DNA of 53,224 nt from Alphaproteobacteria bacterium (GTDB lineage: Bacteria; Pseudomonadota; Alphaproteobacteria; UBA2966; CAIVPW01), in assembly GCA_018658465.1 (NCBI GenBank), contig JABHVE010000014.1, positions 1 to 53,224 of the forward strand, read 5' to 3'. The notes beneath the pieces were generated by a model. That model did no database searches, was not told the origin of the DNA, and saw nothing but the letters and a program-made list of their open reading frames with translations. A program made the position numbers and the translations under genes. Below, piece by piece: positions 9,223 through 19,577 of this stretch; position 1 is the first letter of the stretch; each line of letters opens with the position of its first letter.

Positions 9223-10731
9223 ATGTTTGCAAAGGTTCGGAATCAGCTGGTCGGCGGGTTAGCCGCACTGATCCTTGTTGCCTTCATGGTGCCCGCGCTG
9301 CCATCGACGGCTGCCGCCGATGCCATGGCAGATTTGGACGCCGCAATCACAGCGTTTCAGCGCAACGATTTGCAGGGGGCCTTGGACCTGATTGATGGAG
9401 CAATTGCGACGGGGGAACTGGAGCCAAGCGTTCTGGCCGGTGCCCACAACAATCGCGGCATTATTTTCACCGTTATGGAACGCCCGGAAGACGCGGTTGG
9501 TGCCTACACCCAGGCCTTGGCGGTTTCCCCCGGATTGCCCCAGGCATTGCGTGGCCGAGCCGTGGCCTTGAACGTGCTCAGCCGGTTTCTCGAGGCCCTC
9601 CCCGACTTTGACCTTGCCTTGGCCGACCGCCCCGACGATCCCTACATTTTGAACCAGCGCGGATTGGCCTATGTGGGGATTGGCGACCATGTCAGTGCCG
9701 CCAACGATTTCCAGGCCGCCCTTGATTTGGACCCGGGGTATTTGGAAGTCCGCCTGAATTTGTTGGAAGCCCTGAAAGCATCGGGCCAGAGCGATCGCAT
9801 TGGCGCGGTTGAAGCTGGCGAAGCCGTGATTGATGGGCAAACTCAGTATGGATTAGGCAATTACGAAAAGGCCCTGGCCTATTTTTCCCAGGCCTTAGAT
9901 TTGGATCAAAACAACGGGGATGCCCTGTTCGAGCGCGGTCGAGCCTTTATCAGCCTTGGCCGATTTGCCGAAGCCATCGAAGATTTTGACACTCTGATCG
10001 CCTTTGAGCTCGACAACCCCACGGCCTATTTTAATCGCGCTCTGGCTTATGAAAACTTGGATGAATTCGCCTTGGCTGTGGCCGACTACACATCAAGCAT
10101 TGCGCTGGACGCCACCAATCTAGACGCATTTTCCAGGCGCGCTCGGGGCTATGCGAAGTTGATGAATTACGAAGCCGCAGTGGCCGACTACACGGTGATT
10201 TTGGATCAGAAAGCGTTCAACACTTCGGCTCTGCGCAGCCGTGGTTATGCGGCGTTTAATTTGGGCCGGTTCGATCTAACCAATCGGGATCACGCCCTGG
10301 CGGTTCTGGACGAGCAAGTGTCCGACGCCACCCGGATGTTCAATGCCATTTGGTCCTATCTGGCGGCGAACCACCTGGGGCTGGACGCCTCAAGCGAGCT
10401 CGCAGCGAATATGCAAGAAATTTCCGATAGCACCAATCGGTTCGTGGCTCAGCCGGTGAATGTTTTCTCGATCTGGCCAGGTCCGGTGGCGGCGTTGTAC
10501 CTGGGATTCATAACCCCGGAAGCATTGCGGGCGTACGGGGTCGCCTCGGAATTCCAGACCCAGGCCCAACGTATGGCAGAAGTAACATTTTATTTGGGGC
10601 AGTATTATTTGGCCCAAGGCGACGTTGCCCAAGCCCGGGATTACTTTCAGCAAACCCTGGCCACCGGGGTTACCAGCTATTTTGAATACTCCGGGGCGGT
10701 CGCAGAACTGGGCCGCATCGGCGCACCTTAG
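9223..10731 (+). CDS. Exported TPR-repeat protein with NlpI-like C-terminus
   Basis: Signal peptide; about 9 TPR units (NNRG, NQRG, FERG, FNRA); C-terminal WPGPVAALYLG...EVTFYLGQYYL...YFEY resembles NlpI. Confidence 0.88.
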   Translation: MFAKVRNQLVGGLAALILVAFMVPALPSTAAADAMADLDAAITAFQRNDLQGALDLIDGAIATGELEPSVLAGAHNNRGIIFTVMERPEDAVGAYTQALAVSPGLPQALRGRAVALNVLSRFLEALPDFDLALADRPDDPYILNQRGLAYVGIGDHVSAANDFQAALDLDPGYLEVRLNLLEALKASGQSDRIGAVEAGEAVIDGQTQYGLGNYEKALAYFSQALDLDQNNGDALFERGRAFISLGRFAEAIEDFDTLIAFELDNPTAYFNRALAYENLDEFALAVADYTSSIALDATNLDAFSRRARGYAKLMNYEAAVADYTVILDQKAFNTSALRSRGYAAFNLGRFDLTNRDHALAVLDEQVSDATRMFNAIWSYLAANHLGLDASSELAANMQEISDSTNRFVAQPVNVFSIWPGPVAALYLGFITPEALRAYGVASEFQTQAQRMAEVTFYLGQYYLAQGDVAQARDYFQQTLATGVTSYFEYSGAVAELGRIGAP

Positions 10732-12551
10732 CCCTCGGCCATTATTTTGGACGCCCGTTTGCGTTCGTGGGGCAACAACAACCGCTTGCGCAGGCGGACG
10801 GATTTCGGCGTCACTTCCACAAGCTCGTCACGGTCGATATAGGCGATGGCTGCCTCTAGGCTCAGCTTGCGCGGCGTTGTCAGGCGCACGGCTTCGTCTT
10901 TTGACGTGGTGCGAATGTTGCTGAGCTGTTTGGCCTTCAAAGGGTTCACATCCAGATCGTTGGATCGGGAATGCTCGCCAATGATCATCCCCTGGTAAAC
11001 ATCAACACCCGGGTCGATGAACATGTCACCGCGGTCTTCCAGGTTCCACAATGCGAACGGTACCGCCGTCCCCATTGCGGTGGACACCAACACGCCGCTG
11101 CGGCGGCCAGTGATCTCTCCCCGATACGGGCCATATTCCAAGAACAGCCGGTTCATTACGCCGGTGCCCCGGGTGTCGGTGAGGAACTCCCCGTGGTAGC
11201 CAATCAGCCCCCGTGATGGGGCATGGAACACCAGCCGCTGGCGGCCGGCGCCAAAGGGCGCCATGTTCTGCATCTCGCCTTTGCGCTCGGCCATTTTTTC
11301 GACCACGGTCCCCGAATGCTCTTCGTCCACATCGATGATGACTTCTTCGATGGGTTCCAATCGCTGGCCGGTTTTTGGGTCGGTGGAATACAGCACTCTG
11401 GGCCGGCTGATCGCGACTTCGAAGCCTTCTCGGCGCATGGTTTCGATCAGCACCCCAAGCTGAAGTTCCCCACGCCCGGCAACTTCAAAACTGTCGGCGG
11501 AATCGGTTTCACTCACCTGGATGGCAACATTGCCCTCGGCCTCTTGGGCCAGGCGGGCACGGATCATGCGGCTGGTGACCTTCGATCCTTCGCGTCCGGC
11601 CAAGGGTGAATTGTTGACCGAAAATGTCATGGCCAGTGTGGGTGGATCAATGGGTTCCGCCGCGATCGGCTCTGTCACCTTTGGGTCGCACAGGGTGTCG
11701 GCCACGCTGGCGGATTTAAACCCGGTGATGGCAACGATGTCGCCAGCGTCTGCGCGATCTTGGGCGATCCGTTCCAGGCCGCGAAAAGCCAACAGTTTGG
11801 TGATCCTGGCTTGTTCGACTTCCTTGCCATCCCGGGTCAACGTCTTGACGGTGACATTCGGCGTGATGGACCCCGACAAAATTCGCCCCGTCAAAACCCG
11901 GCCCAAAAACGCATCGGACTCTAACGTGGTCACAAGCATTTTGAACGGCTGGTCCAGCTCCACGGTGGGCTCTGGCACATGGCGCACCACCAAATCGAAA
12001 AGCGGGCCTAAATCTTTTTGCGGGCCATCGCGTTCTTCGTCGGCCCATCCAGATCGTCCCGAGGCATAAAGCACGGGAAAATCCAGTTGGGTTTCGTTGG
12101 CCTCCAAGGCCACGAACAGGTCAAAAATTTCGTTCAGCACTTCGTCGGGGCGGGAATCAGAGCGGTCAATTTTGTTGATGACTACAATCGGGTTCAATCC
12201 CAACCGCAGTGCCTTACCGGTAACGAATTTGGTTTGCGGAAGAACACCTTCCGCCGAATCCACCAACACCACCACGCCGTCGACCATGGACAAAATCCGT
12301 TCCACTTCGCCGCCGAAATCGGCGTGTCCCGGGGTATCGACGATGTTAATGCGAACATTATTCCACACCAACGATGTGCATTTGGCCAAGATCGTGATGC
12401 CGCGTTCGCGCTCCAACACATTGGAATCCATGGCCCGTTCCGCCACCTGTTGATTGGCGCGAAAAGTCCCGCTTTGGGCCAACAGAGCATCCACCAGGGT
12501 GGTTTTGCCGTGGTCCACATGGGCGATAATGGCGATGTTTCGAATCTGCAT
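10728..12551 (-). CDS. typA: Translational GTPase TypA/BipA
   Basis: [58 protein letters not shown]; 607 aa from ATG 12551. Confidence 0.98.
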   Translation of the reverse strand: MQIRNIAIIAHVDHGKTTLVDALLAQSGTFRANQQVAERAMDSNVLERERGITILAKCTSLVWNNVRINIVDTPGHADFGGEVERILSMVDGVVVLVDSAEGVLPQTKFVTGKALRLGLNPIVVINKIDRSDSRPDEVLNEIFDLFVALEANETQLDFPVLYASGRSGWADEERDGPQKDLGPLFDLVVRHVPEPTVELDQPFKMLVTTLESDAFLGRVLTGRILSGSITPNVTVKTLTRDGKEVEQARITKLLAFRGLERIAQDRADAGDIVAITGFKSASVADTLCDPKVTEPIAAEPIDPPTLAMTFSVNNSPLAGREGSKVTSRMIRARLAQEAEGNVAIQVSETDSADSFEVAGRGELQLGVLIETMRREGFEVAISRPRVLYSTDPKTGQRLEPIEEVIIDVDEEHSGTVVEKMAERKGEMQNMAPFGAGRQRLVFHAPSRGLIGYHGEFLTDTRGTGVMNRLFLEYGPYRGEITGRRSGVLVSTAMGTAVPFALWNLEDRGDMFIDPGVDVYQGMIIGEHSRSNDLDVNPLKAKQLSNIRTTSKDEAVRLTTPRKLSLEAAIAYIDRDELVEVTPKSVRLRKRLLLPHERKRASKIMAEG

Positions 12552-12748
12552 ACGCGGCGGCCGCAAGGCCCCTTCAATCAAAGTCAGTGTTGGTTCCGGG
12601 AAGATGGGTCCGGCCGGTATCGGCATCAGACGCCCATCCGCTGGCGGTTTATGTGCTGAATCTAGGCTGAGTGCAAAGGAAAACGGTGTGGCACATGGTA
12701 TGGGCCCGCCACTTAGCATAGATTTAAGGCCCATCCCACGGAGCCCAA

Positions 12749-13381
12749 ATGCCCAAATCCCCGCCCGAAAATTCAGCGTTGTTGATCATCGACCTGCAAA
12801 ATGATTTTTGCTCGGGCGGCGGCCTGGCGGTGCCGGGGGGCGAGGAAATCGTGGCAACCGTTAATCGCCTGGGCTCTGGGTTTTCCGCCACCGTTCTGAC
12901 CCAAGATTGGCATCCAGCGGGCCATTCGTCCTTTGCCTCAGCCCACCCTGGGGCGTCCCCCTATGCCCTGACCGAGGCCGCCTACGGCCCCCAGGTTTTG
13001 TGGCCCGACCACTGCATTCAAGGCACCGATGGCGCAGAATTTCATGGCGACTTGGACACTACACAAGCCGACTTGATCGTGCGCAAGGGCTTTCGCCCTT
13101 CGATCGATTCCTATTCAGCCTTCCAGGAAAATGACCGCCAGACCTCCACCGGCCTGGCCGGATATCTGCGCGATCGGGGCATAAAGCACGTCACCCTGTG
13201 TGGTCTGGCCCTGGATTTTTGCGTGAAATGGTCAGCTTTGGATGCGGTGACCAATGGATTTGCCGCGACAGTGTTGACCGATGTCTGCCGGGCGATCGAC
13301 CTGGATGGCTCCAAGACCACTGCGGAATCCGAGATGGCCGCCGCCGGTGTCACACTGGCCACCTCTGACGCCCTCCTTTAG
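12749..13381 (+). CDS. pncA: Nicotinamidase/pyrazinamidase
   Basis: Motifs [23 protein letters not shown]...[14 protein letters not shown]. Confidence 0.95.
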   Translation: MPKSPPENSALLIIDLQNDFCSGGGLAVPGGEEIVATVNRLGSGFSATVLTQDWHPAGHSSFASAHPGASPYALTEAAYGPQVLWPDHCIQGTDGAEFHGDLDTTQADLIVRKGFRPSIDSYSAFQENDRQTSTGLAGYLRDRGIKHVTLCGLALDFCVKWSALDAVTNGFAATVLTDVCRAIDLDGSKTTAESEMAAAGVTLATSDALL

Positions 13382-14844
13382 GCGGCGCGGTCCGCCACAT
13401 ACTGCTTCACGGCGCTAAGGCCACCTTCGAAAGCATAGGCCTCGAAGCCACTTTGTTGCATGACTTCGACGACCCCGGCGGAATGCATCCCGTGGGCGCA
13501 ATACACAACATAGGTCGGCGCTTTATCCAGGCGCCCCAAAGAATCCATCAGCGCCACCGGGTCCTTGTTTTGCGCACCTTGCACATGCCAATCCTGGAAG
13601 TGATCCGGCGTCTGACAATCAATCACCAGCGCGCCGTCGGGAATCCGATCCATGTAGATGTAGGGCTGGCGCATGTCGGCTGATGTCACTTGGTTCAAAT
13701 CGATGATTTTGCGTGTGGCCACTGCTTGATCGAGAATCGCCCGATCCAATTTCTGGTCTTCATGTTCCAGCCGCGCCCGGGTGCTGGTGACCACGGGCCG
13801 ACCCGGCGCAATGCCGCAGTATTCTTTGACCCGCTTCGAAAGTGCTGCGGTTCCAATGTCCCCAGCGGCATCGACGATTTCTTGTTTGTCGAACCCAACA
13901 AGCGGCCGCAGCACCGGCACCGAGGCCGCAGGCTCAATCGCCTGCAAATTTCCCAATGTCTGAGACGACACCTGGCCCAAAGCCTCGCCGGTAACGATGG
14001 CTTCGCCCCCGGTTTCCCGGGCGATAGCACTGGCGGCCCGATACATCAGGCGCTTCAACATGACCTGGGAATATTCCGGGCGGCCCGAAGCTTTTAGATC
14101 CCGAACCGGGCCATCAAAATCGATCACATGGAGCCGGGAATTATGGCCGAACCCCCAGGCGTCATTCAGGACCTTGGTGACCTGAAGCACCATGCGTTCG
14201 TAGGCACCGCCGCCCAAATTGCAAAACACGTGGTCCAGAGCAATGCCGCGTTTCATGATCCGCCACGCTGCCACCGGGCTGTCAAAGCCACCAGACATCA
14301 AAGCGACCGCCTTGCCGCCAACACCCACCGGCAATCCACCGGCACCCCGGCGGCGGTCAGTGAACAGGGTGCAATTGTCGGCACCAATTTCCACATGAAC
14401 GGTGATGTCGGGTTTGGTCAGGTTGACCGTGCCAAATGGGTTCAGAGCCGCGCCAAGTTGTTCGTTAATCGACTGGGTAGAAAATCCCAGTTGCACAGTT
14501 TTTTTGGCGCGCACGGCATAGGTTTTGCCCTTTAGACGCTCGGCGAATTTTTCCAGGCCCGTGGCAATAATGTCTTCCACCGTTGGCGGGCATTCGGCCT
14601 CGACCAAGGAATAGGTGCCGATGCCGAATACCCGGGGCAGTACGGTCATGGCCGCTTTGGGGTCTTGGGTGGTCAGATACAGGCGACCAAAATCTTGGCG
14701 CATGACCGCCGTGGCCCCGACGCTGCGCAGGGCATGCTTTATATTTCCGCGCAGAATCTTTTCGAACTTGCGCCGGGTTCGCCGGGATTTAATAGCAACC
14801 TCGGCGGCGGGACGAACAATGATCAGGCCGTTATTGTCGAGCAT
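13378..14844 (-). CDS. thiI: tRNA 4-thiouridine synthase ThiI (THUMP, PP-loop, C-terminal rhodanese)
   Basis: EVAIKS N-terminus, THUMP (VNLTKPD), SGGFDS PP-loop, TGEALGQVSSQT, EYCG, rhodanese YCAHGMHS. Confidence 0.93.
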   Translation of the reverse strand: MLDNNGLIIVRPAAEVAIKSRRTRRKFEKILRGNIKHALRSVGATAVMRQDFGRLYLTTQDPKAAMTVLPRVFGIGTYSLVEAECPPTVEDIIATGLEKFAERLKGKTYAVRAKKTVQLGFSTQSINEQLGAALNPFGTVNLTKPDITVHVEIGADNCTLFTDRRRGAGGLPVGVGGKAVALMSGGFDSPVAAWRIMKRGIALDHVFCNLGGGAYERMVLQVTKVLNDAWGFGHNSRLHVIDFDGPVRDLKASGRPEYSQVMLKRLMYRAASAIARETGGEAIVTGEALGQVSSQTLGNLQAIEPAASVPVLRPLVGFDKQEIVDAAGDIGTAALSKRVKEYCGIAPGRPVVTSTRARLEHEDQKLDRAILDQAVATRKIIDLNQVTSADMRQPYIYMDRIPDGALVIDCQTPDHFQDWHVQGAQNKDPVALMDSLGRLDKAPTYVVYCAHGMHSAGVVEVMQQSGFEAYAFEGGLSAVKQYVADRAA

Positions 14845-14994
14845 CTAAACGTCTTTCCAAAGTATCTGTGGAACTCCCTACACCCGGTGCCATCCGGGCT
14901 TCAAGCCCGAACCATCAACATGATTGGCCACAGCGTATTGCCCCGACCCGGCAACCCCGGTACGATTCACAGATTGCGGGGGTTGGAGGAAAGA

Positions 14995-15630
14995 ATGAAA
15001 CGATCACTGTTGGCGGCACTTGTGTTTGGATTCACTGCATTCGCCGTAATGCCATCGGCGGAGGCCCGCCAAGTGTATTCCGGCCAGGATCTAATTTTGA
15101 ACTGCCAGGATGTCGTCGTCTGTGACGAATTTCTTGTGGCGTTGTTGGACTCCCACGCGACCCTTGAAGGCTGGTATCAGCTCCCCGCAACCGTGTGCCC
15201 CCCCGCCGATCTTGGTATGAACTTGATGTGGGGATTGGTTCGGGCATTTCTTGATCGTACCGAAAACAGCTTGCCGGAGAGCAGTGCGGGAAGCCTCGCC
15301 CTGATCGCCTTGGAAAGCGCCCTGCCCTGCACCCAAGATGGGGCGCCAGTAACCTCGGTTTTGCCCAGGTTTCGCACCGGAATTGATTTAGCTGTCACCT
15401 GCGCCGACCCTATTTTATGCGAAGCTTTTTTGCTTGGGGTGTTGGACAGCCATCAGACCCTAATTGATTGGGGCAGAATTCAGCCCCTGGTGTGTTTGCC
15501 GGAAGAGGCCACAAACCCCGGACTGATGGTGACGGTGATCCAATATCTGGAATCCCATCAGGATAATTTGGATTTTTCCGCCGGAAGTTTGGTGCTTTTG
15601 GCGTTATCTGAGGCCCATGGGTGCTCTTGA
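14995..15630 (+). CDS. Exported protein with two tandem Rap1a/Tai-like Cys-rich domains
   Basis: GGAGG RBS; signal peptide AEA-R; two copies of (S/T)G-x-DL...C...C...LDSH...VC-x-P...AGSL...AL...C. Confidence 0.75.
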   Translation: MKRSLLAALVFGFTAFAVMPSAEARQVYSGQDLILNCQDVVVCDEFLVALLDSHATLEGWYQLPATVCPPADLGMNLMWGLVRAFLDRTENSLPESSAGSLALIALESALPCTQDGAPVTSVLPRFRTGIDLAVTCADPILCEAFLLGVLDSHQTLIDWGRIQPLVCLPEEATNPGLMVTVIQYLESHQDNLDFSAGSLVLLALSEAHGCS

Positions 15631-15750
15631 GCCACCATGGTGATTGATTTTTTCGCCTAGGTGGTGAAGATTGGGCTCGGTGCTGAGAAATCAGCGGCAG
15701 GAACCAGCAATTCCTGGGTTTTTTTGAACTTTTAATGCGGGCGTGAACCG

Positions 15751-15891
15751 ATGAACGAATTGTTTCTTCTGATTGCGATTATTGTTTTCACCCTCGCCGT
15801 CATGGGCGGCTTGGCCTATCTGGCCAAAATCTGGATGGCTGCCCGGGAAGTGGCGCTGAAAGAAGCCGGCCGCATCGACGGCGGCAGCTAA
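15751..15891 (+). CDS. Small single-TM protein (46 aa), not in ORF track
   Basis: MNELFLLIAIIVFTLAVMGGLAYLAKIWMAAREVALKEAGRIDGGS*, followed by a terminator-like hairpin. Confidence 0.65.
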   Translation: MNELFLLIAIIVFTLAVMGGLAYLAKIWMAAREVALKEAGRIDGGS

Positions 15892-15908
15892 CTAGAAGCT
15901 ATCCGCCG

Positions 15909-15931
15909 CCCTCGCCATCCGCGGGGGTTTT
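15909..15931 (+). terminator. Putative intrinsic terminator
   Basis: CCCTCGC-CATCC-GCGGGGG stem-loop followed by TTTT, between convergent genes. Confidence 0.5.
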
Positions 15932-16374
15932 CAAATACAGTTCGGAACCAGGACGCTAATGGCGTTCACTTTGTCGTTGAACGAAGTGGCTTTGGCGCCG
16001 GCGATCGAGATGACGTCCAGAAGCAGCGCACCTGGGTGGCCGTCTAACGTGATAAATTGAAACAAAATATCCGTGGTCTCCCCTGGGACCGTCACCAAGA
16101 ACCCTTCCCCGGTCATCTCCCCCGAAACATCTGGTGTGGAACGCGGGCGTTCCCCGGCGGCCACCAAGGCCTGGATGCGATCATTCGCACAACCAGCGAA
16201 CTGCCCGACTGAATACCCCGGGCCGTCGCCAGCCTCTGACAGGATCATGGTTTTATCGAATTCAGGCCCGGTCATGGGGGCGGCCTGGACGCTTCCGGTC
16301 ATACCGGCGAATAAAAGGCCTGCGAAACCCATTGCAAGGCCGACGAAGTTGGTACGCTGTGCTGATTTTTTCAT
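15931..16374 (-). CDS. Exported hypothetical protein
   Basis: MKKS...signal peptide ending VQA-A; two Cys; no family recognised. Confidence 0.7.
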   Translation of the reverse strand: MKKSAQRTNFVGLAMGFAGLLFAGMTGSVQAAPMTGPEFDKTMILSEAGDGPGYSVGQFAGCANDRIQALVAAGERPRSTPDVSGEMTGEGFLVTVPGETTDILFQFITLDGHPGALLLDVISIAGAKATSFNDKVNAISVLVPNCI

Positions 16375-16497
16375 GGGCAAACTAAAAACCGATCAGACGC
16401 ACTTTGTAAAGCCCGGCCAACATCGGCGGCCACCCCATGGGTGGCTGAACGGTGCTAGTATCCCCGCCCCACCGACCGCGACGCAACAGGGATAGGC

Positions 16498-17685
16498 ATG
16501 AACCTTCGAGGCATTGGAATTTTGGCGGCTCTGGCTGTGGCCGCCCTGGTCTTTTGGGTCACCGGTCCACCAAACCAGCCCGACCAGGTGCGCATCGGCT
16601 TTGTCACAACCTTGACCACCGGCACCGGGGTCATCGGGGCCGACATGCGCGACGCCTTCGAGCTTGCCCTGGACCACATGGGCCGGACCATGGGCGGACT
16701 TGATGTTTCGGTGTCCTATGAAGACGACGCGGTTGACCCAAGCATCGGTCGCCAAAAAACCGAACGGTTGGTCCAGCGGGACAAGGTGCATTTCGTCAGC
16801 GGGTTTATCTGGTCGAATGTCTTGCTGGCGTCCTATCAGGCCGCGACCGACAACGATGTCTTCCTGATTGGGGCAAACGCCGGGCCGTCACAATTGGCGG
16901 GGGAGGCATGCAATCGAAACTTCTTTTCCACGTCCTGGCAAAATGACCAAACCACCATGGCTATGGGCGAAGTTCTGAACGATCAGGTCAGCACTGTTTA
17001 CGTCATGGCCCCGAATTACGCCGCTGGGCGCAACATGATTGCGGGGGTCGAGCGCACCTTCCAGGGGGAGATCGCAGACAAAACCTTGACCCAATTCCCC
17101 GACCAATTGGATTTCGCCGCCGAGCTTGCCAACATTCGTGCGGCGTCCCCAGAGGCCGTCTGGGTGTTCTACCCAGGAAATTTTGGCACCCAATTTTTTC
17201 AGCAGTATTCCCAGGCCGGGTTGCTTGGGGAAATCCCCTTGTATTCGACCTTCAGCATCGACGCCCTGAACCTGCCGCAAATCGGTGAACTGGTGGAAGG
17301 TACCCAAATGACTCAGTCCTGGTCGCCGGACATGGACAACCCGGCCAATCAAAAATTCGTCGGCGATTTCCGCGCCAAATATGGGCGCTATCCGTCGTTT
17401 TATGCGGCCCAGGCGTATGACGCCGCCATGCTGATCCGCAGCGCGGTCGAGGCGGTGGAGGGGGATTTGGAAGACTTGAATGGGTTGCGCCAAGCGTTGG
17501 CCCGCGCCGATTTTCAATCCGTCCGGGGCAAATTTTCGTTTGGTGAAAACCATTTTCCCATTCAGGATTTCTTCCTGCGCGAAGTGGTGCGGGACGCCGA
17601 CGGCGCCTTCACCACCCGCATTGTCGACGTGGTCTATTCGGATCACGTTGATCCCTATGCCAAAGACTGCTCCATGCAGCCATAG
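16498..17685 (+). CDS. ABC transporter substrate-binding protein, Liv/HAAT family (possibly aromatic acids)
   Basis: Motifs IGFVTTL, GFIWSNV, NAGPSQLAG-x-x-C, APNYAAG, YAAQAYDA; first gene of a 5-gene Liv-type operon. Confidence 0.9.
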   Translation: MNLRGIGILAALAVAALVFWVTGPPNQPDQVRIGFVTTLTTGTGVIGADMRDAFELALDHMGRTMGGLDVSVSYEDDAVDPSIGRQKTERLVQRDKVHFVSGFIWSNVLLASYQAATDNDVFLIGANAGPSQLAGEACNRNFFSTSWQNDQTTMAMGEVLNDQVSTVYVMAPNYAAGRNMIAGVERTFQGEIADKTLTQFPDQLDFAAELANIRAASPEAVWVFYPGNFGTQFFQQYSQAGLLGEIPLYSTFSIDALNLPQIGELVEGTQMTQSWSPDMDNPANQKFVGDFRAKYGRYPSFYAAQAYDAAMLIRSAVEAVEGDLEDLNGLRQALARADFQSVRGKFSFGENHFPIQDFFLREVVRDADGAFTTRIVDVVYSDHVDPYAKDCSMQP

Positions 17686-17697
17686 GCCACCGGTCGA

Positions 17698-18618
17698 ATG
17701 ATGACTTTGGTGTTTGAACAGGCCCTGAACGGAGTCCAACTGGGGGTTCTATTGTTCCTGTTGGCGGCTGGACTGACCCTGGTGTTCGGGATCATGAACT
17801 TCGTCAACTTGGCCCACGGATCCCTGTACATGGTGGGGGCGTATTTCGCCGCCACGTTCATCCCATGGAGCGGTTCCTTCATTGTTGGTGCCCTGCTGGC
17901 GTTGGCCGCCACCGCCGCCGTCGGCATGGCGTTGGAAGTTCTGATTTTCCGGCGCCTATACCACCGCGATCACATGGACCAGGTTTTGGCCACCTTTGGG
18001 CTGATTTTGTTTTTCAACGAATTGGTTTTGATGGTTTGGGGGCCGGCCGGACTGTCCATTGCCGTGCCGTCTTGGTTGGTGGGCCAAGTCAACATCATCC
18101 CCGGCGTTCCGTATCCGGCATACCGATTGGCGGTGTTGGTGACGGGATTAGCCGCGGCCGCGTTCCTGTACGTTCTGGTGTCCCGCACCCGCACCGGAAT
18201 GCGTATCCGGGCAGGAGCCAGCGACCAGCAAATGGCCCAGGCATTGGGTGTCGATATCAAGCTGCTGTTCACCGGCATCGTCGGTTTGGGCGCGGCTTTG
18301 GCGGCCCTGGCCGGGCTGTTGGCGGCGCCCCTGCGATCGGTCTATGCGGGCATGGGAGAAGACATTTTGGTGCTGGCGTTTGTCGTCGTGGTGATTGGCG
18401 GGATTGGATCAATCCGAGGCGCCTTCGTCGCCGCGTTGGGCGTAGGCTTGATCGACACCGTTGGGCGCGCGTTCTTGCCCCGAGTGCTGGATGCGCTTTT
18501 GTCTGATCAGATTGCTGATGCCGTGGCTCCGGCACTGTCGACCACCCTGATCTACCTGACCATGGTGGTGGTGTTGGCCATCCGACCCCGGGGATTGTTC
18601 CCCGCCCCCGGCCAATGA
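17698..18618 (+). CDS. Liv-type ABC permease (LivH-like)
   Basis: Motifs AAGLTLVFGIMNFVNLAHG and VVVIGGIGSIRGA. Confidence 0.93.
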   Translation: MMTLVFEQALNGVQLGVLLFLLAAGLTLVFGIMNFVNLAHGSLYMVGAYFAATFIPWSGSFIVGALLALAATAAVGMALEVLIFRRLYHRDHMDQVLATFGLILFFNELVLMVWGPAGLSIAVPSWLVGQVNIIPGVPYPAYRLAVLVTGLAAAAFLYVLVSRTRTGMRIRAGASDQQMAQALGVDIKLLFTGIVGLGAALAALAGLLAAPLRSVYAGMGEDILVLAFVVVVIGGIGSIRGAFVAALGVGLIDTVGRAFLPRVLDALLSDQIADAVAPALSTTLIYLTMVVVLAIRPRGLFPAPGQ

Positions 18619-19577
18619 CGCCGACGACGCCCGCAAGCCGGTGGGCGATTGCCTTGCTGATCGCCTTGGCGGCAGCCCCGGTTTTTTCAGCACTGGCTGG
18701 GCAAACCTTCTACGTCTTTTTGCTGTCCAAAATGATGATCTTGGCCCTGGCAGGCGTCAGCCTGAATTGGATTTTGGGGTATGGCAATATGCCAAGCTTT
18801 GGCCATGCCGGATTCCTTGGCATCGGCGCTTACTCCGTGGCGATCATGTCGATGCGGGCGGCCGAAGCCCAGGGCGGTTGGCTTGCCACCGCCTTTGTCC
18901 AGTTACCAATCGCCACCCTTGCCGCCGCCATTGCCGCCATAATCATTGGTGCCGTCAGCCTGCGCACCCGGGGGGTCTATTTCATCATGATCACCTTGGC
19001 CTTTGGCCAAATGCTGTTTTCCTTGGGCGTCGCGCTGGAGCCCCTGGGAGGCGACGACGGCATGACTCTGCCCATGTATTCCACACTGGGGCCCGCCGAT
19101 TTATCGTCTGGCCCGGTGCTTTACTACGTGGTTCTGGGATTGCTTGTTCTGGCTTTGGCCGGTTCCCACCGCCTGATGCAATCGCCGTTTGGGGCGGTCA
19201 TTCGTGGGGCAAAATCCAATGAGACGCGTCTGGAGGCCCTTGGTGTCCCAACATATCGATACCGACTGGCCGCATTTGCCTTGGCTGGGGCCGTTTGCGG
19301 CCTGGCGGGGGCTTTGTTGGCCAATCAAGGAGGCTATGTAAGCCCTGCCCTTGCCGCCTGGACCCATTCTGCAGAACTGGTGGTGATTGTGTTGCTGGGG
19401 GGTGCCGGCACCCTGTTTGGGCCGCTTTTTGGGGCATTGGCTGTGGTGGGTTTGGAGGAAATTCTGTCCCAGCTTACCGAGCACTGGCGCATCATTTTCG
19501 GGCCGATTTTGATCCTGGTGGTTCTGGCCAACCGCGGCGGAATTTCAGGCTTGTTCAGGGCCCGCACCAATGTCTAG
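18615..19577 (+). CDS. Liv-type ABC permease (LivM-like)
   Basis: Motifs SFGHAGFLGIGAY, LRTRGVYFIMITLAFGQM, LGGAGTLFGP; ATGA overlap with the upstream gene. Confidence 0.93.
   Translation: MTPTTPASRWAIALLIALAAAPVFSALAGQTFYVFLLSKMMILALAGVSLNWILGYGNMPSFGHAGFLGIGAYSVAIMSMRAAEAQGGWLATAFVQLPIATLAAAIAAIIIGAVSLRTRGVYFIMITLAFGQMLFSLGVALEPLGGDDGMTLPMYSTLGPADLSSGPVLYYVVLGLLVLALAGSHRLMQSPFGAVIRGAKSNETRLEALGVPTYRYRLAAFALAGAVCGLAGALLANQGGYVSPALAAWTHSAELVVIVLLGGAGTLFGPLFGALAVVGLEEILSQLTEHWRIIFGPILILVVLANRGGISGLFRARTNV

Noticed and set aside
14995-15630. A T6SS effector-immunity locus
   Set aside because: No amidase effector, vgrG, PAAR or hcp nearby; kept only as an orphan domain call.
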